46,419 nucleotides of DNA. Source: Methanobacteriota archaeon (GTDB lineage Archaea > Thermoplasmatota > Poseidoniia > Poseidoniales > Thalassarchaeaceae). The notes beneath the pieces were generated by a model, which saw nothing but the letters and a program-made list of their open reading frames with translations, was not told where the DNA came from and did no database searches. The stretch lies in NCBI GenBank assembly GCA_014240285.1, contig JAAZXI010000006.1, forward strand, positions 1 through 46,419. Direction: 5' to 3'. A program made the translations under genes and the position numbers. The stretch's first letter is position 1. The number at the start of each line of letters is the position of its first letter. Of the stretch, positions 30,284 to 39,148 are shown one piece after another.

Positions 30284-32518
30284 ATGAGGGTGCTTGCTAC
30301 GTTAATGGCTATACTAATGCTGACTTCACTCCTCGCTGGATGTGCGAGCAGTGAAGGGGATTCCGAGAAGGATGAGCAAATAGAATCTCTTCAATCAGAA
30401 TTAGCTAATCTAACTGCTGAGGCCGATGATTCGGCCTCTCGTGTAATTACCTTGGAAGCTGCCTTGGGCGATGCGCTTGCCTCTGTTGAGGAGATGAATG
30501 AAACTGTAGAGAATCTATCGACAAGGCTTTCGGCGGCTGAATGGCACAAGGCCAATTTGACCTATGAGCTATCCGAAGCCATGGCACAATTGAATCAATC
30601 CGAAGATGAAGAGTTGATGGGGCAGCTTGAAGATCAAATCGAAAATCTGAGTGCTCAGATAAGCGAAGCGGATTCTCGGATTGCTAGTCTGAATTCGGAA
30701 CTTACACAGAAACAGAATGAGATTAATCAGCTAAATGCAACTATTACCGCACTTCAAAGCACAATGAATAGCTTGACCTACAATGTCAGAAATCGAGTCG
30801 ATTCCTGTCCGTCGGACAACCCTGGATTAGAGATGGTTGTTGGATATGATGACGGTACGGGGGCTGCTTCTCCGGGCGATGGCCAAGTAAATTTTGATGA
30901 GATTCAATTCAGTGTTGGAGAGTGCCCAGGAGATGATGGCATGATTCTTGAATTTCAGAATAATTCTGGTGGCTGGGGTCCTGCTGTAATGGCCACAATG
31001 GGTGGCGATCTCTATTTCGCAGGAGATGACGGCATCCATGGATGGGAATTATGGCGAAGTGATGGTACTATTGCTGGAACATATATGGTCAAGGATTTGC
31101 GTGAAGAAGAATGTGTAACTAGTGAACTAAGTGGTGAAGAGACCTGTGAGAATGGTGGAAGTCTGGCAGTCCACTGCTGGGGCGGTACTTTCGGATGCCA
31201 CTACCCAGAAATGGTAGCTGGTAACGAGAAGATTTTCTTTGTCGGTTTCGATGGAGAACCTGGTACTGAGTCTGCTGCCAATTTAATTGTCAGTGACGGT
31301 ACAGCGGGTGGGACATTCACAGTTCGACATCAATGGCGCAATTGGGGTACTGGCTATGATGGCGAAAATGGGTGGCGCCAAGGTTATGCAGGAGCAAGCC
31401 AATTACTTGTGATTCCCTCGAGTGGATTCAATCCCGACAGAGTTGTTTATTCCGTGATGCAAGTAATCGGGAGTACAGAACCAGGAGGAGCCGCCGAACA
31501 TCCCCCCTCAGGAGAGGAACTATGGATTTCGGACGGTACTGATAAGGGCACACTTATGCTTGCAAATCTGGTTCCGGAAGATGAATCTTGGGTCTATGAT
31601 GGAGCGCCGTACTGCTGTGGAGATTTCCAAGGATCGGCCCCAAGAGACTTGATCAAGAAAGGTAACTACATCTGGTTCACCGCTGAGACCGATAATTATG
31701 GTCGTGAACTATACCGATACGGACTTTCGGCCATAGGTGGCGGATTATTCCTAATCAAGGATATCAACACAGGAACTGAAGGAAGTAATCCAATGTACCT
31801 TACATCTGGTAGTAACGGGGCCTATCTTTCGGCAGATAATGGTTCTAGTGGACAGGAATTATATTTCAGCCAAGGCGATGCATTCTCGACTAAACTTGTC
31901 AAGAATATATGGCCTGGAGCCAACAACTCTAGCGAACCTATGCATCTTATCAAATTTGGAGATAAGCTAGTTTTCACGGCAAATGATGGCCAGAATGGTC
32001 GCGAACTATGGATTTCCGATAGTACCGAGGCTGGAACATTCATGATCAAAGATATCGATACAAACGGATCTAGTAATCCAAATGAGTTCAACTTGCTGGA
32101 CAGCACCCTCTATTTTATGGCTGAGACCGAAGAGTTTGGGAGGGAGTTGTGGAGAAGTGATGGGACTTCTGCTGGAACATATATGGTGAAGGACATTAAT
32201 CCAGGAAACAATAGTAGTTTCTACTGGGATGCCGGATTCTGGTCTGGAAAATTAACTATTGTTCACCAAGGAGAGTTATACTTCTCCGCAGATGATGGTG
32301 GAACTTACGGTGTAGAAGTGTGGAGAAGTGACGGTACAAGTGAAGGTACAAGAATTGCTGTAGATATGAATCCTGGAGAAAATAGTAGTTGGCCACTATG
32401 GTACACCAGTGTTGGTAAAAAACTATTTTTCCAAGGCGTCACAGAAGAATTTGGACGTGAATTATGGTATCATTGGGACAATCCCGGGCCAATAATTGTG
32501 AATTCAGAAGATTCTTGA
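30284..32518 (+). CDS. Lipobox-anchored coiled-coil plus ELWxxDGT-repeat (beta-propeller-like) surface protein
   Basis: Signal/lipobox MRVLATLMAILMLTSLLAGC. A ~140-aa heptad-rich Q/E/L/N region follows. Then about 9 repeats of the type G(R/Q)ELW(R/I)SDGT.(A/E)GT.M(V/I)KDI.PG..SS.P. Confidence 0.75.
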   Translation: MRVLATLMAILMLTSLLAGCASSEGDSEKDEQIESLQSELANLTAEADDSASRVITLEAALGDALASVEEMNETVENLSTRLSAAEWHKANLTYELSEAMAQLNQSEDEELMGQLEDQIENLSAQISEADSRIASLNSELTQKQNEINQLNATITALQSTMNSLTYNVRNRVDSCPSDNPGLEMVVGYDDGTGAASPGDGQVNFDEIQFSVGECPGDDGMILEFQNNSGGWGPAVMATMGGDLYFAGDDGIHGWELWRSDGTIAGTYMVKDLREEECVTSELSGEETCENGGSLAVHCWGGTFGCHYPEMVAGNEKIFFVGFDGEPGTESAANLIVSDGTAGGTFTVRHQWRNWGTGYDGENGWRQGYAGASQLLVIPSSGFNPDRVVYSVMQVIGSTEPGGAAEHPPSGEELWISDGTDKGTLMLANLVPEDESWVYDGAPYCCGDFQGSAPRDLIKKGNYIWFTAETDNYGRELYRYGLSAIGGGLFLIKDINTGTEGSNPMYLTSGSNGAYLSADNGSSGQELYFSQGDAFSTKLVKNIWPGANNSSEPMHLIKFGDKLVFTANDGQNGRELWISDSTEAGTFMIKDIDTNGSSNPNEFNLLDSTLYFMAETEEFGRELWRSDGTSAGTYMVKDINPGNNSSFYWDAGFWSGKLTIVHQGELYFSADDGGTYGVEVWRSDGTSEGTRIAVDMNPGENSSWPLWYTSVGKKLFFQGVTEEFGRELWYHWDNPGPIIVNSEDS

Positions 32519-32568
32519 TTCGGTAATAACGGTCTTAAAGGCACCTTCGTTGGCGTAGTAAGGTCTCA

Positions 32569-33621
32569 ATGCGCGTAGAGCACGATGTGAAGCTGACCTT
32601 TGACGATGTTCTAATCAGGCCTAAGCGCAGTACGCTGGTTTCGAGGTCGGATGTCAGTCTGTCGAGAGACTTCGAGTTCCGTCATTCTAAGGATATCTGG
32701 AGTGGTGTACCCATCGTGGCGGCCAACATGGACACCACCGGTCTGTTCTCCATTGCAAAGGTGTTGCAGAATCATAGCATGCTAACCTGCATACAGAAAT
32801 TCTACTCGACCAAAGAGTGTGCGGAAGCTTGGGATGACGAGGTAGATCCAGGCTTCATCGCAGTAACATGCGGCTCGACCGAGGAGAGTTTTGAGTTACT
32901 ACAGCGCAAGTTAGCGACCAACGATGGAATCAGGATGATTTGCATAGATGTCGCCAATGGATACCGAGAGGTCTTCCTCGATTTCGTACGACGTGTGAGG
33001 AGAGAGTTTCCCGACAAGATTGTCATCGCGGGCAACGTCGCTACTAGGGAGATGACAGAAGCACTGATACTAGCAGGAGCAGACATAGTGAAGGTCGGCA
33101 TAGGGCCGGGCTCAGTATGCACCACCCGCAAGGTGGCTGGTGTCGGCTACCCGCAATTGTCGGCCATCTCCGAGTGCGCCGATGCGGCTCACGGGTTGCT
33201 CGGCCATGTGATGGCTGACGGAGGTTGCTCTTCGCCGGGAGACGTGGCCAAGGCATTCGCCGCAGGCGCGGACTTCGTTATGTTGGGAGGCATGTTCGCC
33301 GGCCACGACGAGTCGGGCGGGGAACTGATAGAGAATGGCGAAGGGAGGATGTACAAGTCGTTCTACGGCATGTCCTCGTCCAAGGCTATGGAATCGCACT
33401 ACGGAGAGGTGGCCAAGCACCGGGCTCCGGAGGGCAAGGAGGTCAGGGTGCCTTACAGAGGGGTGCTGGAAACGACTGTTCAATCAGTTCTTGGAGGAGT
33501 CCGTTCGGCCTGCTCATATGTTGGAGCGAGGCGCATCAAGGACCTACCAAAGTGCGCCACATTCATTCGAGTCACCCAGACCACCAATGAGGTCTACCAG
33601 AGATTCGACGTACAGGAATAG
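32569..33621 (+). CDS. guaC: GMP reductase
   Basis: 350 aa, collinear end to end with my recollection of E. coli GuaC. Shared segments include [73 protein letters not shown] and [17 protein letters not shown]. Confidence 0.9.
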   Translation: MRVEHDVKLTFDDVLIRPKRSTLVSRSDVSLSRDFEFRHSKDIWSGVPIVAANMDTTGLFSIAKVLQNHSMLTCIQKFYSTKECAEAWDDEVDPGFIAVTCGSTEESFELLQRKLATNDGIRMICIDVANGYREVFLDFVRRVRREFPDKIVIAGNVATREMTEALILAGADIVKVGIGPGSVCTTRKVAGVGYPQLSAISECADAAHGLLGHVMADGGCSSPGDVAKAFAAGADFVMLGGMFAGHDESGGELIENGEGRMYKSFYGMSSSKAMESHYGEVAKHRAPEGKEVRVPYRGVLETTVQSVLGGVRSACSYVGARRIKDLPKCATFIRVTQTTNEVYQRFDVQE

Positions 33622-33657
33622 CAAACAGCATAGTGCTGAGGCCAGCACAGCTCTAGC

Positions 33658-34386
33658 ATGGAAGAGGTGCTGTTTGCCGCGATTGGTGCCTTCATTGCAG
33701 CTGCCCTGACTGTTCCAGCGGGATTCGGGCTCTCTACAATATTGACACCGCTTGTCTTACTGATGATGGGTCCGCACGAGGCCATTGCGGTAGTCGCAGT
33801 GGTTCACGGTGCGCATAATGCGGGAAAGTTTGCAGCCCTCAGAGAGAGCGTCGACTTCACTGCATTCAGGAGGTACGGCATCTGGCTCGTAATCGGAGCG
33901 ATTCTCGGTGCAACGCTGCAAAACGAAGTTCCTCAAAGGCCCCTCTTAGCGCTAATTGGGGCATTTCTGATTTTACTTCCAATACTGACACTCAGCGAGG
34001 GCTGGATCGGTTACAGGATACCTGAGGCCAATGACAGATTAGGTGGCTTTGGATCCGGCTTGATGGGTGGCCTTACTGGTCATCAGGGCGCTTTGAGAGC
34101 GATGTTTCTTACCCGCAGACTGCCAGATAAGATGGCTTACGCTGCCACTGCTAGCGTGCTGGCGCTGTGTGTAGATCTCTCGCGGATCCCGATTTACGTT
34201 CTCTTCCGTTACGATGAAATCGCACCACACTTGGAACTGACTCTTGCCCTTGTAGTGGCAGCACTATTGGGTGTCAGAATTGGCAAGCGTTGGTTGGAGA
34301 GCCTGAAGTCTGAATGGATCCACAATGGAGTCATGGCTGGAATTGTAGCAAGCGGGCTGTTCTACCTGTACGAGGCACTAGGTTAG
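33658..34386 (+). CDS. TauE/SafE (TSUP, DUF81) family membrane transporter
   Basis: 242 aa with about 7-8 TMs in two similar halves. The Gly-rich N-terminal TM (AGFGLSTILTPLVLL) is typical of TSUP proteins. Confidence 0.7.
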   Translation: MEEVLFAAIGAFIAAALTVPAGFGLSTILTPLVLLMMGPHEAIAVVAVVHGAHNAGKFAALRESVDFTAFRRYGIWLVIGAILGATLQNEVPQRPLLALIGAFLILLPILTLSEGWIGYRIPEANDRLGGFGSGLMGGLTGHQGALRAMFLTRRLPDKMAYAATASVLALCVDLSRIPIYVLFRYDEIAPHLELTLALVVAALLGVRIGKRWLESLKSEWIHNGVMAGIVASGLFYLYEALG

Positions 34387-34859
34387 ATGTCGAAAACCAC
34401 TTGGGCCATCCATCCAGGGCCCTCAAAAGACGGGATGTCAGAATCGACGCCGGGAATTATCTCACCTTCAGCGACCTCCATCAGGGCCAGTTCGTGCAGT
34501 GTGATTGCCTTGACCTCGACCTCGCGCTCAATCATGTCCGCGTCGGCCCACAACACCTGTGCAACTATCTTTCCGTCCGCTACGACGAGTTCGGACTCAC
34601 ACAGCCACTGACCCTCCGCAGAACCGCGATAGAGGACCTCCTCGAGCCATCGAACCAAACCGCGTTCTAGGTCGTCTCCAGAGAATTCGACTATCCACTT
34701 GTCGGCCGTCCTCGGCAACAAGGCCATCGATTCGGCACCTCTTGGAGACATTTGAATCTCCTGCAAACCCATGGCAGCCTCGGCCATTGCTCCTACGGCA
34801 TCGTTGCAGAAAGTTCTCAGACCTATGTCTGCGGTCGTGGGCAGTATCCACCAAGACAT
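34383..34859 (-). CDS. Archease (RtcB activator/chaperone)
   Basis: 158 aa. N-terminal PTTADIGLRTF (the family's HTAD(I/V)G-type motif, with T in place of the usual H) and C-terminal ...AQVVFDI. The 3' end overlaps the TauE-like gene by 4 nt. Confidence 0.8.
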   Translation of the reverse strand: MSWWILPTTADIGLRTFCNDAVGAMAEAAMGLQEIQMSPRGAESMALLPRTADKWIVEFSGDDLERGLVRWLEEVLYRGSAEGQWLCESELVVADGKIVAQVLWADADMIEREVEVKAITLHELALMEVAEGEIIPGVDSDIPSFEGPGWMAQVVFDI

Positions 34860-34906
34860 GCCATTCCCGTACCGGCTAGAGGTGTGTCCCGCAAGAAATG
34901 AGAGGG

Positions 34907-37900
34907 TCAGTCAAACTCGCTGCAGAGCTCGCCTTGGCCAGGGAAGCTGATTGCGGACTTCGGATTGGTGTTCCACTTGTTCTCGCACTTATTCAGGTAA
35001 CCATCTCCATCAGAATCTATGTTGGCGTCTGCTGGATCGAAGGGGTCGAACCCGAAGTAGTACTCCCAGCCGGCCCACATGCCGTCGCTGTCTTGGTCCT
35101 GATGATATACCTCAGAGCCATCGAACCACTGGTCTCCATCGGTATCGGGATTGATGGGGTTAGTGCCATTCTGGTACTCCTCAAAGTTGGTGTAGTTCTC
35201 CAAGTCGTCGTAGAATTTGTTGCCAGCCTCAGATGTCGAGTCAATGTGGCACTCAGAGTTTTGAGGGTTGTTCCAACCCGGGCAGTATCTGTTCAGCAAG
35301 TGGGTCCTATTCAGTCCGTCCCCGTCAAAGTCCTCCTGTCCATCATTGATGCCATCGACATCGGAGTCGTCCATCTTGGGGTCCATGGGGCCACGGGCTC
35401 CTACGGCGCTGAGGGTGTTGTTGTCGACGAGACCGAGGCCCAATGCAAGTTCGGAGTAGTGGACCTCCCAGCCGTCAGGGAGCATGTCGCCGTCGGTGTC
35501 GTCATCCACTGGGTTGGTGTCCCAACGATTCGGTGCCTCGAGGGAATTCATCAGGGTGTCATTGTCGATGTCGAAGACCGAGTCCGGCAGTGAACCCCAA
35601 GCGGGGTTTAGTGCCCACCTACCATTGGCAGGAATGGTGAATCCTGAGAGATTCATCTCGTGCAGGAAGTACTTCGGGTCCATGTCGCCATCGCCGTCTC
35701 TGTCTCCCGAGCTAGAGAAGCCGCCGAGATAGCTGCTCCATACCCAACCGCCCGGACCCAGCCCGCACTCAATCATCGATTCGCATCCTGGAGGAAGCCA
35801 GTTCGTCACCGTAATCCACAGGCTGTGACTCTTAGTGTTGTGCTGTACTGAGAACACCTGCATCTCCCATCCGTCGGGCTGGCCGTCCTCGTCGGTATCG
35901 TTGTTGAGAGGATTAGTAGCACCCTGCCAGGGTCGTGGTATGTTCAGAACCTCGCTACCATCGAACAGCCCGTCGTCATCGCTGTCGGCATTGTTGGCGT
36001 GGGTGATGTACTGGTCGAGGCCGTCAATGACCTCCTCGCCGTCTGCGAGGCCATCGAGGTCGGTGTCGTGAGACGAGGCGTTGGTGAAATATACCGAACC
36101 GTTCCAAGTAAAGCCGTCCACAGCCTCCGTGAAGTCCTCGAGTCCGTCACTGTCGGTGTCACGATCAGATGCGTTCGTGTGGAAATCATAATACTCAGCG
36201 GCATCCGACAGTCCGTCACTGTCGGTGTCGATAGATCCGGGATCGCTTCGGACAGTGACGTCAGTGATTCCCTGATCTACGATTCTGATAGTCCAACCAA
36301 TGACCTCGATTCCGTCAATGAGCCCGTCACCGTCAGTGTCGGCAACTAATGGATCGGTGGAACGGCCATCAACGTAGCCATCGCCGTCTCTATCTCTTGC
36401 GTTGTACTCGTCTAAATTAGTGAAGCGTTCGTGCTCCTCTACGACCATAGCAAGGTCCTGCAGGCGACTAGTCACCTCTTGGCCAATCTCTACATTAATC
36501 GAGTAAATCCAACCCGCTGTAAGCGACTTGATGGGGATGTTTACGTATTGGCTGGACTGAACCGTTCGCACCCAGAGTACAGTGCTGTTGACCTGAACAT
36601 AGTCGCCCACTTCGACCGATATGGCGTGCACCGTGGTGATGCCGATCATTTCGAAGTACCTGACTCCTCCGTCACCATCTGCGTCATAACCGTCGAAATC
36701 AGGATCCTCGTCAGCGTTGCTGCCGTCATTGGGGTGAATCCCATTCAATTGCTCCCAACCGTCGGGCATGCCATCATTATCAGTATCTGCGTCAAGGGGA
36801 CTCGTGAAGTTCTCCGGGCCCCATGAGTAAGCGACTTCATACTCTTCGACGTTGTTCAGGTTGTCTCCATCTCTGTCCCCATATGCATCTGTTGCGTTGG
36901 CAGGATTCAGGAATCGTTCACCCGAGGAATCTATTGCATAGCAGTACTCGAAGCCGTCGGGCATGCCGTCTCCGTCAGTGTCCCAGTCTCCTGGCCCATT
37001 GAGGCGTCCGTCACCGTCCATATCCTCTTCGAACCATGTCCTATCGCCATGCCCACTCATGTGCCCTGTGTACGGTGCCTGCAGGGACAGAGTACCGAAC
37101 ACTGGCACTCCGCAGTGTACCCCAAGCTGAATCTGTCCGAAGGCAATCTCGTAGCGGTCAGCAATCAAATCACCGTCACTGTCCTCCTTGAGAGGATCGG
37201 TGTCGTATCTCTCCTCGACGTAGTTTCTCAGACTATCGGGCTCGGGCTGCTCCAAATCCAATAAGGCGTCGCATGAATGACCGAACTGGCTCCCCATTGC
37301 TTCCCACTCGCTAGACCCTATATCGTTCTCAATCTGCCCCTTGACTTCGGGAGTTAGAAGGTAGCAGTCCCAATTACCATCTAGGGGATTGAGGAGAGTT
37401 ATCTCGCCGGAGGGGGTCTCGACGACGAAAGTGTACTCCGACTCCCAGCGGTCGTTTAGCCCATCGCCATCGGTGTCTCTGATGTTCGGGTTGGTCCCGA
37501 GCTCCATCTCCTGAGTGTTGGTCAATCCGTCTCTGTCTGGGTCGCCAAAGGGGCCATTGTCCGGATTAGGGAAGGTCTCGTTCTGCTCGCCGGTCTCGTC
37601 CTCGTTGTCAGGTGCGTTGTTCTGAACCTCACTGTCATCGGGTTCGCCATTGTCGAGTGGATCTAGTCCATTGGCTATCTCCCATCCGTCATCGAGCCCG
37701 TCGTCATCAGTGTCAGTGACCCTCCAGTCGGTACCGTACAGGGTCTGCTCCATCCTGTCGGTCAGACCATCGCCATCGTAGTCATTTCCACCAAGCATGG
37801 GTTCATCGGTGGCATCGATATCTCCGCTAGCCTCTTCGAAGCCTCCTGACTCCGTGGTCGAGAGTCCGGCGCCGATAATCGTGTAGAAGCCAGCCAAACA

Positions 37901-37951
37901 CAGCGTTGCAGTGATTGCTAGGACTGCGTATTGGTTGTGATTCAGAGCCAT
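34907..37951 (-). CDS. Secreted or membrane-anchored calcium-binding protein with about 24 thrombospondin type-3 repeats
   Basis: N-terminal anchor AVLAITATLCLAGFYTIIGAGL. D.D.DG..D..E units recur throughout (DTDGDGLNDRWE, DTDSDGLSDAAE, DTDEDGQPDGWE ...). ATG 37951 is preferred over GTG 37960. Confidence 0.8.
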   Translation of the reverse strand: MALNHNQYAVLAITATLCLAGFYTIIGAGLSTTESGGFEEASGDIDATDEPMLGGNDYDGDGLTDRMEQTLYGTDWRVTDTDDDGLDDGWEIANGLDPLDNGEPDDSEVQNNAPDNEDETGEQNETFPNPDNGPFGDPDRDGLTNTQEMELGTNPNIRDTDGDGLNDRWESEYTFVVETPSGEITLLNPLDGNWDCYLLTPEVKGQIENDIGSSEWEAMGSQFGHSCDALLDLEQPEPDSLRNYVEERYDTDPLKEDSDGDLIADRYEIAFGQIQLGVHCGVPVFGTLSLQAPYTGHMSGHGDRTWFEEDMDGDGRLNGPGDWDTDGDGMPDGFEYCYAIDSSGERFLNPANATDAYGDRDGDNLNNVEEYEVAYSWGPENFTSPLDADTDNDGMPDGWEQLNGIHPNDGSNADEDPDFDGYDADGDGGVRYFEMIGITTVHAISVEVGDYVQVNSTVLWVRTVQSSQYVNIPIKSLTAGWIYSINVEIGQEVTSRLQDLAMVVEEHERFTNLDEYNARDRDGDGYVDGRSTDPLVADTDGDGLIDGIEVIGWTIRIVDQGITDVTVRSDPGSIDTDSDGLSDAAEYYDFHTNASDRDTDSDGLEDFTEAVDGFTWNGSVYFTNASSHDTDLDGLADGEEVIDGLDQYITHANNADSDDDGLFDGSEVLNIPRPWQGATNPLNNDTDEDGQPDGWEMQVFSVQHNTKSHSLWITVTNWLPPGCESMIECGLGPGGWVWSSYLGGFSSSGDRDGDGDMDPKYFLHEMNLSGFTIPANGRWALNPAWGSLPDSVFDIDNDTLMNSLEAPNRWDTNPVDDDTDGDMLPDGWEVHYSELALGLGLVDNNTLSAVGARGPMDPKMDDSDVDGINDGQEDFDGDGLNRTHLLNRYCPGWNNPQNSECHIDSTSEAGNKFYDDLENYTNFEEYQNGTNPINPDTDGDQWFDGSEVYHQDQDSDGMWAGWEYYFGFDPFDPADANIDSDGDGYLNKCENKWNTNPKSAISFPGQGELCSEFD

Positions 37952-37998
37952 GGAACACACCCGGCCCCAAGGGGGCCGAACGACTGAAATTGGGCACC

Positions 37999-38006
37999 AA
38001 TATAAT
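37999..38006 (-). promoter_or_regulatory. TATA-like box plus GC hairpin ahead of the TSP3-repeat gene
   Basis: Minus strand reads ATTATATT, about 50 nt upstream of ATG 37951. CGGCCCC-CTT-GGGGCCG (37961..37978; 7-bp stem, 3-nt loop) lies between the box and the start codon. Confidence 0.3.
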
Positions 38007-38032
38007 GTTTCACGGCTACTGAGCAGTCGAAG

Positions 38033-39145
38033 TCAGGCGGCTATCTCTCTTGAAGAGAGTAAATCGAGCGTTACTCTACCTCCCTCGTAACTGATTGAGG
38101 CGCGGCCATTTCTGCCATAAGCACGCTCCCAGCAGCCGAGCAGTACTCCACTTGCAATAGCTGGATGGAATGCCGTGCAGAAACCAAGACTCACTCCCCC
38201 ATAGTCGTCTATCTGTTTCATCGATTCAATTCCCCCAAGTCCATGGTAAGACAGGTGTCGACGGGCGATGCTGGCCCAGTCGGAGGACTCACGCACCAGA
38301 ACGTGGTGGCCCTCTGCGACGAACCTCTCTCTGGCCGAATCCGCTGCAGCCGTCCACCATGCAGAACGCTTCTCATCAAGCCCATCCCAAGTGTAGTCCT
38401 CGTCCCTGCCCTCATGGATGCCGCCTAGGTATGGGAGGCAGTATTCCTCGAAGCGCAGTATCAAGTCTCGGTGTAGGAACATCTTGCGCTCCCCCCTTAT
38501 CGACCATTGACCGAGGGAGTCGTTCCGCAGGTCCAACCACATCTCATCGCTCGACTCGGGCATCATACCAGCACCGAGACCTTGGTCCTTCCAAGCCGGG
38601 CTGAGAGATTTGGGGGTAGGGATTTGTACGTCATCCTGAGTCAGGGTGATGACCAGCCCCTCACCTGCACTCTCGGACCAGAGGAAACGGTGACGTTTAC
38701 TCGTAGCCCCCTCCCAAGCTGCGGTTATGAGTCCTGAGCAGATGGGGCCCGATGCGGGTTGTTCGACCACTATCCTAGTCTCATCACCGTCCTCAAGAAG
38801 TCTGAACTTACCGAGGCCACTCGTCTCCCAACGTAGGATGGTTCGCGACCAGGAAGCGGGGTCGCGTCCAGAAGGCGCATCCCAACCTCCAGACCCCATC
38901 ATGTACTCCTCATGCTCCACAGCGGCGTGTGCGAGGCGGCGACCGAGGCTCTGTCCCGTCCTTTGCTCGAGCCCCTGAAACCACGACTCAAACCAACCCC
39001 CACCCACTCGCCAGGCAATCTCGTTGTAGTCCCGAGATAAGTCCCTGTAGGTGCCATCATCGAAAGCCTTCCAGCGTTCCTTCACAACCTCCTCCAAAGA
39101 TGACGGGGTAGAGAGAAAATTCCTGATGGATTCCATGAACCCCAT
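38033..39145 (-). CDS. Hypothetical cytoplasmic protein (370 aa), apparently two similar halves (possible V4R/Bet3-like fold, unverified)
   Basis: ATG lies 3 nt after the aminotransferase stop. Both halves end in a G...E/W...G...(V/L)(I/T)L-type segment: PICSGLITAAWEGATSKRHRFLWSESAGEGLVITL and PAIASGVLLGCWERAYGRNGRASISYEGGRVTLDL. Confidence 0.6.
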   Translation of the reverse strand: MGFMESIRNFLSTPSSLEEVVKERWKAFDDGTYRDLSRDYNEIAWRVGGGWFESWFQGLEQRTGQSLGRRLAHAAVEHEEYMMGSGGWDAPSGRDPASWSRTILRWETSGLGKFRLLEDGDETRIVVEQPASGPICSGLITAAWEGATSKRHRFLWSESAGEGLVITLTQDDVQIPTPKSLSPAWKDQGLGAGMMPESSDEMWLDLRNDSLGQWSIRGERKMFLHRDLILRFEEYCLPYLGGIHEGRDEDYTWDGLDEKRSAWWTAAADSARERFVAEGHHVLVRESSDWASIARRHLSYHGLGGIESMKQIDDYGGVSLGFCTAFHPAIASGVLLGCWERAYGRNGRASISYEGGRVTLDLLSSREIAA

Positions 39146-39148
39146 AAA

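Noticed and set aside
30164-32568. Possibility that the low-GC island is an intact integrated mobile element
   Set aside because: It holds no integrase, transposase or other mobility gene, and I could find no direct repeat of the tRNA-Glu 3' end at the distal boundary. It is reported only as a compositional island.
34898-35593. 231-aa Val-rich ORF on the + strand
   Set aside because: It is the mirror image of the Asp-rich TSP3 repeats (GAC read as GTC) and has no independent start context. The other + strand ORFs inside 34907..37960 are rejected for the same reason.
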